A DNA stretch of 10,035 nt from Candidatus Latescibacterota bacterium (GTDB lineage Bacteria > Latescibacterota > UBA2968 > UBA8231): positions 1-10,035 of the forward strand of contig CBDBIJ010000141.1 in NCBI GenBank assembly GCA_965205655.1. Direction: 5' to 3'. The translations under genes and the position numbers were made by a program. Positions 1 through 6,902 of the stretch are shown in pieces. The notes under the pieces were generated by a model that was not told the origin of the DNA, did no database searches, and saw nothing but the letters and a program-made list of their open reading frames with translations. The stretch's first letter is position 1; each line of letters starts with the position of its first letter.

Positions 1-71
1 TAGAACTCGTCGTACTCCGGAGCTCTCTCCTGGTAGTAGGTCGCCAGCTCCTTCTTGGAAGGCGCATTCAT
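1..71 (-). CDS. 5' end of a probable class I SAM-dependent methyltransferase (runs off the window)
   Basis: Manual translation from ATG at 69-71 gives MNAPSKKELATYYQERAPEYDEF. The YYxxRAxEYD pattern is typical of the N-terminus of small class I methyltransferases. Only 23 codons are visible, and the SAM-binding motif is not in view. Confidence 0.55.
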   Translation of the reverse strand, partial: MNAPSKKELATYYQERAPEYDEF

Positions 72-209
72 GTAGTGCCCTATAAGACGGGTGGGTAGCG
101 CGGGGCAAGCATGTTGAGATCGGGCAAGGGGTGGGCAGCGGCAAGGGCCCTCGACCGATGCCAAAATCATTGAAAATATGCAGGATCTGAAGGGTGAGGT
201 CCTCAATCG

Positions 210-1853
210 TCAGCGCCACACGTCGACGGAGGCGCTTTTTCCGTAGGAGCTGCCGACGATGCGCCAGTATCCATTCGTCTCCCCCCCGACCACGATGACG
301 TGGATCTTCTGTTTGGGGAACATGTGGATGGGCTCGTCGTCCGCTGCCTTGAGCATGGTGGCGTAGGGCTCGACACCTTTCAGCGCCCCAGGGTAGACGT
401 AGTTCTGCACGAGCTGATAATCCCAGTACTCTCCCGCGGGCATGAGGGCGTTGTCGTAGATGAAGTCGATGAGTTTCTCTTTGGTGTCAAAGCCGCCCCG
501 GTCGATGAACTGGCGGGCGGTGATCGGGTCGAGTAGAAGCGTCGGCGAATTAGTCGGGTTTATGCCCCGCAGGAGATTTCTGACGTGCTCGCGCCAGTAA
601 CGCTCGCGGAGGCCCAGGTGGAAGGAGGTGGAGCGGCCTCCGGAGAAGGCGCTGACGACGCTTTCGTCCGGTTCGAACCCATGTTGCACGTGAAAGGGCT
701 CCCACGGGCTGCGCTCCTCATTCTCAGCGAAAGTGACGCTGTTGTAGGCGTAGTTGTTGCCCTGTGATCCGAGGTAGGTGATCTCCGGCACTGAACCTCC
801 CTGCAGATTCTGCGACAGCAGTCCGTAGGCGCGGCCGATGGTGGCATTGGCGTGGTTGTACGGGCCCAGGGCACCGATGCCCCAGTTCATGTCGATCTCG
901 CGACGGATCGGACCATTGACGACAGCCATGGATGCCCCCGAACTCGTGGTGCTGGCGCGGGCTGTAACCTCGGTGGAGGCGAGGGCGAGAATGACGGGGA
1001 AGTACTCCGGTCTGGCGCCGGCCATGACGGCGTTGACGGCCACCTTTTCGACCGTGTATTCCCACGCCTCGCGAGTGAGGGTAGGCCGCATGCGCCCCAC
1101 GACCTCGTCAGATCGCCGGCTCGTGCCGGCCAGCATTGCTTCCACGCGCTCCTCGGTGGGCAGCACGATGGGCAGCTTGTCGGTCCAGTTGCTTTCGAGA
1201 AAAAGCTGCTGGAGGCTCTCCTCGGTGTCCGGATCGACCAACCTGGGAGTGGAGCGCTCGAAGTCGACCTGCTTCTGCTCCTCGCCGGTGAGCGGCTTCG
1301 TCAGGGCATCGACGACCTCCTGCATGAAGGGCCGTCCAGTGATTGCATCGGCGCCGTCGACGTAGGCGCGCAGCTCATCGGGCGACTTGCCCATGACGGG
1401 TTGCGGTACGAAGGCGAAGCGCAGATTGGGCACCCCTTTCTGGCTCGACGAGGCGCGCACGAGGGGCTCGAAGATGTCGGTCTGAATCGATGCTGTCGGT
1501 ATGTCGTACTCTGTCTCGAGGATGATGCACTGGTCGGCGACCGCCGGCGCGCAGGTGCTTCAGTGGCCCACGGCGACGACCGCCGTGCCTCCCTTCTGGC
1601 GGATCTCTTCGTAAAGCTCATTGTCGCGTTCGTAGTAGACCCCGACTTTGCCGCGGACTTCGGTGTGCACCTGCGGCATGTTGTCGGCGAACCAGTTTCG
1701 CATCTGTTCGATGAGCTTGTCACCGTCGTCGAAGCGGCAGTCCACGAGATAGGTGGGCCCCTCCTCGAGGCTCGCGGGCCGCGGCGCCATCCCCTGCTGA
1801 GTGATGGTGGGCGGGTACCCCATCGGGTTCATCACAACTACCTGATTACTCAC
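210..1853 (-). CDS. UGSC-family-like selenoprotein (Sec98, U-S-T-C motif) fused to a large C-terminal domain of unknown function; 547 aa with TGA read-through
   Basis: GTG start at 1851-1853 with AGGAGGA 7 nt upstream. After the TGA at 1560-1562 the frame continues without a stop (STCAPAVADQCIILETEYDIPTASIQTDIFEPL) into the GTG of ORF 210..1460. 1644 nt = 548 codons. The context VAVGH-U-STC is UxxC, and a SECIS-like hairpin follows. The C-terminal part has WTDKLPIVLPTEERV, TVEKVAVNAVMAG, NGPI, ANATIGRA and ENEERSPW, motifs I recall from proteins associated with UGSC/thioredoxin domains. Confidence 0.88.
1527..1559 (-). promoter_or_regulatory. Putative bacterial SECIS element
   Basis: mRNA after UGA reads AGCACCUGCGCGCCGGC-GGUC-GCCGACCAGUGC. 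Upper stem CGGC/GCCG closes a GGUC loop (1539-1542) that begins 17 nt after UGA. Lower stem is GCAC(C)UG/CAGUGC. Folded by eye only. Confidence 0.75.
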
Positions 1854-1860
1854 TGCGGTT

Positions 1861-1867
1861 TCCTCCT
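1861..1867 (-). promoter_or_regulatory. Shine-Dalgarno site of the selenoprotein gene
   Basis: AGGAGGA on the minus strand, 7 nt before the GTG at 1853. Confidence 0.8.
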
Positions 1868-1913
1868 GATGGCGCGATGTGAAGCGACTTCGCCGCGCGT
1901 CGCAACTTGCGGG

Positions 1914-2623
1914 TCAGCGTTCGTTGAGCCAGAGCCGGACGTAGTGGCGCTGGCGATGAGGCTCGGGATAATCTTCGAAGGCGGTGCGGTTGTGGAGAAT
2001 GAAGCGGTTGTTGGTGAGAAGTATCTGCCGAGGCTCCAGATCGAACTCGATGTGAAACTCAGGCGCCTGGAGAAGCTCGTCCACGGCGTCGAGGGCCTCG
2101 AGCTGCTCCGGATCGAGCTGTCGACCGGCAAGCTGGTGCCCCTCTTCGATGTAATATCGCAGGTACCTCACGAATAGTTGGGAGCCATTCCAATGAAAGA
2201 CAGGGTTTGCGAGCGTCGCAGGCTCTCCAGCTGCAAACTGTCCGCGGCGGTCAAAGCAGAACGGCCGGTACAGGGTCTCCAGCAGTTCGGGATGTTTTTC
2301 CAGCAGCTCGTTGTGAAGCGCTTGGGCGCTGATCAGCTGGCTCTGCCCTCCCGATTTGGCGGTCCGCAGGCATAGCAGGCCGACGATGTCGGGAGGCCGA
2401 ACATTGAAGGCCGCGTCGGTGTGAAAGGAGCTTTCCGCATTGGTGATGGAGAAGCGGACCCCCTCATGCACCTTTTGCCCGGTATCGCGTACGTCATAGA
2501 GCAGCGTACCTTCGATGTCCTGTTCGGCGGGGACGCCGAGGAGCTGACCCAAAATCCAGTAGGCGGCAACGTGCTGCTTCTCCGAAAACTCCGGGTCGAT
2601 TTCATCGACAACAACAAAGCCGC
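1914..2623 (-). pseudogene. TauD/TfdA-family Fe(II)/2-oxoglutarate dioxygenase, 3' fragment (IS30-disrupted)
   Basis: Frame is open from the IS boundary: GFVVVDEIDPEFSEKQHVAAYWILGQLLG...FHTDAAF (HxD)...GLLCLRTAKSGGQSQL...LHNRTAF (distal His)...RHYVRLWL (2OG-binding Arg). Confidence 0.88.
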
Positions 2624-2649
2624 CGCGAGTTCAACCAGTCAACGCAACA
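2624..2649. repeat. IS30 terminal inverted repeat (transposase 3' side)
   Basis: 26 bp; 18/26 identical to the reverse complement of 3845-3870. Confidence 0.88.
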
Positions 2650-2671
2650 CCTTCGTCAACGCAACACCTTC
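2638..2671. repeat. Perfect 17-bp tandem duplication, GTCAACGCAACACCTTC x2
   Basis: Copies at 2638-2654 and 2655-2671, overlapping the inner part of the IR and the last transposase codons. Confidence 0.95.
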
Positions 2672-3808
2672 ATTGAAGCGTTCTGCGGGTGAAACGAACC
2701 CCAACGTCTTCCGCGGGCGCTGGTTCAGTTGAAGAGCGACTCTGTTCAGGTCGGCTTGGGAGAATAGCGACAGATCGGTCTTCCTCGGGAAGTACTGTCG
2801 AAGAAGGCGATTCGTGTTCTCATTTGTGCCTCGTTGCCAGGGACTCTGAGGATCACAGAAATACACCTCGACGTCAGTTGCGATCGAGAACTCCTTGTGC
2901 CGAGCTAGCTCCATTCCTCGATCCCAGGTAAGGGACAACCGCACCGCGGAGGGGAGTCGTTTCACCTGGCTGATCAGCGCTCTGACAACGGTCTCGGTGT
3001 CTTTGCCGTTGAGCTTCACGAGCATCGTGAACCGAGACTGCCGCTCCACCAACGTGGCGATGTGCGTGTTGTTCGACCCCGAGATCAAGTCTCCCTCCCA
3101 GTGGCCGGGAACGGCGCGGTCCTCGATCTCGGCAGGCCGCTCGCTGATGGATACGGCGTCGACGATCCGGCCTCTCGGCTGATCGCGTGTGCTTGCCTTC
3201 TTGGATCGCCGCATCATCCTTCGCGTCCGCAGATGCGCAATGAGGTCCTTGTTGAGTGCCCCGCGTGCCTGGATGAAGAGAGTTCGATAGATCGTTTCGT
3301 GGGATATCTGCATATTTCCTAAAAGCGCATACTCCCGCTTCAGCCATCCCGATATCTGCTCAGGTGACCACTTCAGGCGTAGCTTGTCCGCCACGACTCG
3401 CCGCAAACGAAGATTGGATGCGAGTCGGCAGCATTTCGGCCGGCTGGCGCGCGTCCAGGCTGCTTGGTCGGCGACGTTTGCTCGGTACCTTTGCCGCCCG
3501 CCATTGCGGGCAATCTCTCGGCTAACCGTCGAGGGTGCACGCTCAACAGCGGCCGCAATTATTCGTATCGATTTTCCCGCAGCGATACCTCGAGAGATCT
3601 CTTCACGCTCTTCCCAGCCAAGAGCCCATCGAGAGCGTCGACGCGGCATTGGTACGATGCCCCCATTGGCGGTGATGACACCATGAATCGACGCCGGATG
3701 CTTCCCGAGCGCCCGACCAATATCGCTATGCGACTGGCCGCTCTTCCATCGACGCCATACCTCCAACTTCTGTGACGCGGACAATCCTGGTCGTCCCATT
3801 TGAGCCAT
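2639..3808 (-). CDS. IS30-family DDE transposase (about 389 aa)
   Basis: N-terminal HTH regions (IGRALGKHPASI; IAAAVERAPSTVSREIARN), WSPEQISG, SHETIY, catalytic GHWEGDLI / LTWDRG / PWQRGTNENTN, and LNQRPRKTLG. ATG 3808 is preferred over ATG 3817 because AGGAG (3818-3822) lies 9 nt upstream of it. Confidence 0.96.
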   Translation of the reverse strand: MAQMGRPGLSASQKLEVWRRWKSGQSHSDIGRALGKHPASIHGVITANGGIVPMPRRRSRWALGWEEREEISRGIAAGKSIRIIAAAVERAPSTVSREIARNGGRQRYRANVADQAAWTRASRPKCCRLASNLRLRRVVADKLRLKWSPEQISGWLKREYALLGNMQISHETIYRTLFIQARGALNKDLIAHLRTRRMMRRSKKASTRDQPRGRIVDAVSISERPAEIEDRAVPGHWEGDLISGSNNTHIATLVERQSRFTMLVKLNGKDTETVVRALISQVKRLPSAVRLSLTWDRGMELARHKEFSIATDVEVYFCDPQSPWQRGTNENTNRLLRQYFPRKTDLSLFSQADLNRVALQLNQRPRKTLGFVSPAERFNEGVALTKVLR

Positions 3809-3844
3809 GTGCAACATCTCCTATGATTAGATTAGTGGGGAGAA

Positions 3845-3870
3845 TGTTGCATTGACCGATTGAATATACC
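3845..3870. repeat. IS30 terminal inverted repeat (transposase 5' side)
   Basis: TGTTGCATTGACCGATTGAATATACC; inverted partner of 2624-2649. Confidence 0.88.
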
Positions 3871-4116
3871 GCGACCTCCATCCAGGGCCGTGAGCACGGG
3901 CTGCACAGCCTGTTCGCAGCTCGCCAACAGGCCGTCGTCGATGCGGGTGTCAGTGACAGGGGTGGAGTCGCGGGTCAGTTCAAGGCTGAGTCTACCCAGC
4001 TGACGGACGCATTCCTCAGGCAGCGAATAGTGCCAGGCCCGCTGGGCGTCGATCGAGTCTGCCGTCCAGGCTCTCTCGTCGGTCACGACTTGCGGCAGTA
4101 TCGGTATCTCGGTCAT
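3871..4116 (-). pseudogene. TauD/TfdA-family dioxygenase, 5' fragment (IS30-disrupted)
   Basis: MTEIPILPQVVTDERAWTADSID...WHYSLPEE...LTALDGGR joins in frame to GFVVV of the 3' fragment, giving the LxxGRGFxxx segment typical of this family. Alternative start is at 4173. Confidence 0.85.
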
Positions 4117-4421
4117 ATCGGTGCAGATCTCAGGAGGGAGGACGCGAAAGAGAATATGAGCAGACGGGCACAATCACAAGCGGAATACTCGGAATCGATC
4201 AGCTCTGGAGCAGTTGGCCTGCCGACATCTCCACAGGCCTCAATATAAGTTACTGGGAAGGCGCTTCGATCACGACGAACATTTGACGCTCAAGGTCGAT
4301 GTGGTACCTTCTCCCCGCCCGATCCACCCGGCTCGTCATCGATGACGTGAGCCGAGAAAGCGGCTTTGAGCGGTAAGGATCCCGACGGCCACTTGGGCAA
4401 CCCGCCACGGCCCGAGACGGA

Positions 4422-5828
4422 CTGACACCCATCCAAGAGCAATCGAACAGGGCGGCGGAGTTCATCGCCAACCCCCGTGCAGCCGTCTGGAAGTTGGCGC
4501 TGCCCGTGATGGCGGGGATGGCGATCTATACCCTGTACAACGTGACTGATTGGATCTTCGTCGGTCGCCTGGGAGGGGATGCCGTCGCCGCCCTCTCGTT
4601 CAGTGTTCCCATCGTCTTTTTCGCACTGGGGATAACATTCGGGCTGGGAACCGGCGCCACCAGCGTCATCGCTCGACTTCTCGGCGCCGGCAACAAGAAA
4701 GAAGCAGACAACGCCGCCGAGCACGCCATCCTGATCGGGCTCGCCGTGGCCGTGCCGATCGTCGCCCTCGCCCTGTTGTTCAAGTACGAGCTCCTCACTC
4801 TGCTCGGGACGAGCGGGAAGGTGAGGGAGCTGGCAGTCGTCTACTTCGAGATCATCGTGCCGAGTTTCATTTTCGGTATCCTGAACGTCACCTTCCGCTC
4901 CATCCTTACCGGCGAGGGAAATACGCTGACACCCATCTCGATTCAGGCGAGCGGAACACTGCTGAATATCATCCTGGATCCAGTACTCATCTTCTGGGCA
5001 GAGTGGGGGATCGCCGGCGCCGCCTGGGCGACCCTGATCAGCCAGCTCATCGTCTTCCTGATATTCGTCTACTACATCTTCATCCGACGGGGATCGTACC
5101 TCCAACTGCGGTTTGGAGACTTCTCCTTCTCTTCCCGGCTCGTCTCCAGCATTCTCGCTGTCGGCATCCCCGCCTCGGGCGCCATGCTGATCATGTCCAC
5201 GGGGAGCATGTTCTGCAACCGTATCGTGTCGGTTTTCGGCAGCGAAGCCGTGGCGGGTCTGGGAGTGGGAGGGCGGCTGGACGCGATCTATTTCCTGCCG
5301 ACCTTCGCGATCGCCTCGAGCCAGGTCACCCTCGCCGGCATGTTTCTCGGCGCCGGCCGCGTCGACTTGATCCGGTCTACACTGACCTACTCGATCGTGC
5401 GGGCCGAAGTGCTCGCCGTGTTTTTCGGGGTCACCTTCTATCTGTTCTCGCCGTACATCTGTCCCATCTTCACGGACGATCAAGCTATCGTCGACATCGC
5501 CGTGTCGTATCTCCGGGTCATCGTCTTCGCCTTTCCCTTCGTGACCATCGGCGTCGTCAGCACGCGGACCTTTCAAGGACTCGGCAGCGGCCTCCCGAGC
5601 CTGTTTCTGACCTCGCTCCGGGTCATTCTGATCTCGGTGCCGTTGGCGTTGGCATTCACTCGTGTTCTGGGATACGGGCTGACCTCGGTGTGGCTCGCCT
5701 TCGTCATCGGCGCTGCCACTTCATCGGTGGTCGCCATAATCTGGATTACTCAGCGGCTGCGACGAGAGGAGGCCAGGATGCAGGGTGGCGCTGGCTCGGG
5801 AAGAGCTGTCTTTAGCCACGAGGGCTGA
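4422..5828 (+). CDS. MATE-family multidrug/toxic compound efflux transporter (start uncertain: CTG 4422, ATC 4431 or TTG 4494)
   Basis: Polytopic membrane protein with two repeated halves: WKLALP, LYNVTDWIFVGRLGGDAVAA, GEGNTLTP, NIILDPVLIF, WGIAGAAWATLISQ, FGSEAVAG, FQGLGSG. The frame is open from 4377. Confidence 0.92.
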   Translation: MTPIQEQSNRAAEFIANPRAAVWKLALPVMAGMAIYTLYNVTDWIFVGRLGGDAVAALSFSVPIVFFALGITFGLGTGATSVIARLLGAGNKKEADNAAEHAILIGLAVAVPIVALALLFKYELLTLLGTSGKVRELAVVYFEIIVPSFIFGILNVTFRSILTGEGNTLTPISIQASGTLLNIILDPVLIFWAEWGIAGAAWATLISQLIVFLIFVYYIFIRRGSYLQLRFGDFSFSSRLVSSILAVGIPASGAMLIMSTGSMFCNRIVSVFGSEAVAGLGVGGRLDAIYFLPTFAIASSQVTLAGMFLGAGRVDLIRSTLTYSIVRAEVLAVFFGVTFYLFSPYICPIFTDDQAIVDIAVSYLRVIVFAFPFVTIGVVSTRTFQGLGSGLPSLFLTSLRVILISVPLALAFTRVLGYGLTSVWLAFVIGAATSSVVAIIWITQRLRREEARMQGGAGSGRAVFSHEG

Positions 5829-5982
5829 CATCTTCGCTTCAGTATCCGAGTCCCTTATCGAAGGCGATGACGACTTTCATTGTCCCATGCGAGAGCTCTG
5901 TGAGCCGATGCGTGAACGGAGGCTGCTGCTTGACAGCAACAAAAGATCGGAGGTGACATAAAACGGCTACAAGCAGCGCCTC

Positions 5983-6019
5983 AAAAAGAAATGGGGCGCA
6001 ACCCATGGGGGCTGCGCCC
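5983..6019 (-). terminator. Rho-independent terminator for the minus-strand small-gene operon
   Basis: Minus strand GGGCGCAGCCC-CCAT-GGGTTGCGCCC (11-bp stem with one G-U pair) followed by CATTTCTTTTT, about 30 nt after the TAG TAG at 6051-6056. Confidence 0.85.
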
Positions 6020-6053
6020 GAAAATCTGGCAAAAAGCTGCGACGCCGAAGCTA

Positions 6054-6457
6054 CTATTCCTTTTCCGACGTAATAGTTTTGATTGTGGTGCAGTCCTCAT
6101 CGAATACCGTGATGGTAATGTTCTGTGAAGGGGGCGCATCCTTCGTGGCCTCCTTCAGCCTCATCTGGTTCTTGTTGGCCTTGGAGAACGCGACCTGGGG
6201 GGCGTCACGCTCGTCCATACCCAGGCGCTTTTTCGAACCACAGATCCATCGTCCAGGTCGAGTTTCTCAACCAGCACATAGGACCTCTCTCCGGTGATCC
6301 TGAACCTCTTCTTGATCACGCCATTCTTCTTCTGGACATAGGTCCCGTTCGCGGCACCCTTGTCAGCTTCAGCCGCACAGAGGTGGTCGGCGAACGCGGT
6401 TCCCGCGCTGGCGAGCACGAATGTGAAAAGGGCGAGCCAGACTATTCGATTCCTCAT
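6054..6457 (-). pseudogene. Small secreted hypothetical protein, apparently frameshifted (134 aa if one A is added to the A5 run at 6229-6233)
   Basis: AGAGGAGA RBS, ATG 6457 and signal peptide MRNRIVWLALFTFVLASAGTAFA|D. The original frame ends at 6161 in an S/P/R/T-rich tail. The -1 frame reads KRLGMDERDAPQVAFSKANKNQMRLKEATKDAPPSQNITITVFDEDCTTIKTITSEKE to a double TAG just before the terminator. Confidence 0.65.
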
Positions 6458-6480
6458 ACGAAAATCTCCTCTGATTGGTT

Positions 6481-6856
6481 TCATCGCGACTGAGATTTGG
6501 TCAGTGACCACTCGACACCCTGGAAATCGTCCAGCTCGATCTCGTAGTCGGAGATGAGTGTCCCGTTGAGGTCGAACTCGGAACAGAAACACTCCTCGTC
6601 GTACGCAAACGTGATAGCACCTCCCTCCAGTTCCCACACGCCGTCCTCGTCGTCGTAGTCGGAGAAAGTGCCGTCGGTATTGAGCTCCCAGACCTCCTCG
6701 TCCTGATCGATCCAGATGCCGGCGATAGCTGGCGACGCGCCGCCGACTTCTGTCGCGTTCGTCGGACCGTCATCGGCGCCCCCGCATCCGAAACTGAAAG
6801 CTGCGAGGGACCGCCAGTGGACCGATCCGACCGATCCCGATCCAATATTTGGACAT
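6481..6856 (-). pseudogene. Acidic lipoprotein (possibly lipocalin-like beta domain), frameshifted in the signal peptide; absent from the ORF track
   Basis: AGGAGG RBS (6862-6867) and ATG 6856. Removing one C from GTCCCTC (6807-6809) gives MSKYWIGIGRIGPLAVLAAFSFG|CGGADDGPTNATEVGGASPAIAGIWIDQDEEVWELNTDGTFSDYDDEDGVWELEGGAITFAYDEECFCSEFDLNGTLISDYEIELDDFQGVEWSLTKSQSR*, 124 aa, with a lipobox-like Cys24. Confidence 0.72.
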
Positions 6857-6902
6857 ATGCCCCTCCTCTCGTGATGGATAAATGGCCCCTCGTTCGCGAT
6901 AA

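Larger units (their letters stand above)
2624..3870 (-). mobile_element. IS30-family insertion sequence, 1247 bp, 2-bp target duplication (GC at 2622-2623 and 3871-3872)
   Basis: Ends CGCGAGTTCAACCAGTCAACGCAACA (2624-2649) and GGTATATTCAATCGGTCAATGCAACA (reverse complement of 3845-3870) match at 17 of the inner 20 positions and resemble the IS30 IR pattern (TTCAA...GTCAA.GCAACA). Contains one DDE transposase. Removing the element plus one GC copy restores the host frame. Confidence 0.95.

Noticed and set aside
78..110. Possible leaderless promoter for the methyltransferase (TTGCCC...TATAGG)
   Set aside because: The -10 lacks the conserved final T and the spacing is 18 nt; too weak to call.
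210..1460. Independent 416-aa gene starting at GTG 1460
   Set aside because: No obvious RBS. The upstream frame is open to the Sec TGA and continues the same domain, so it is treated as part of 210..1853.
1560..1562. UGA as a genome-wide reassigned codon (Trp or Gly)
   Set aside because: TGA ends other genes here at their expected C-termini (dioxygenase 1914, MATE 5828, AKR 8621), and Trp is encoded by TGG.
852..2177. 441-aa plus-strand ORF
   Set aside because: Antisense shadow of the selenoprotein and dioxygenase genes, common in GC-rich DNA; no recognisable motifs.
2610..2660. Hybrid outward promoter from TTGACT/TTGACG in the IS end driving the selenoprotein
   Set aside because: The -35-like hexamers are present, but the sequence 16-18 nt downstream (CTTTGT, GGTTGA) is not -10-like.
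4174..4471. Small ORFs or a riboswitch between the dioxygenase and MATE genes
   Set aside because: No recognisable RNA motif or convincing RBS. The tail RAGRRYHIDLERQMFVVIE may be a gene remnant but cannot be supported.
4290..5815. 428-aa minus-strand ORF and 421-aa alternative-frame plus-strand ORF
   Set aside because: Both overlap the clear MATE gene and have shadow-like or Arg/Pro-rich composition.
5930..5965. Perfect TTGACA and GGAGGT downstream of the MATE gene
   Set aside because: No correctly spaced -10 element and no start codon or ORF after the SD-like sequence.
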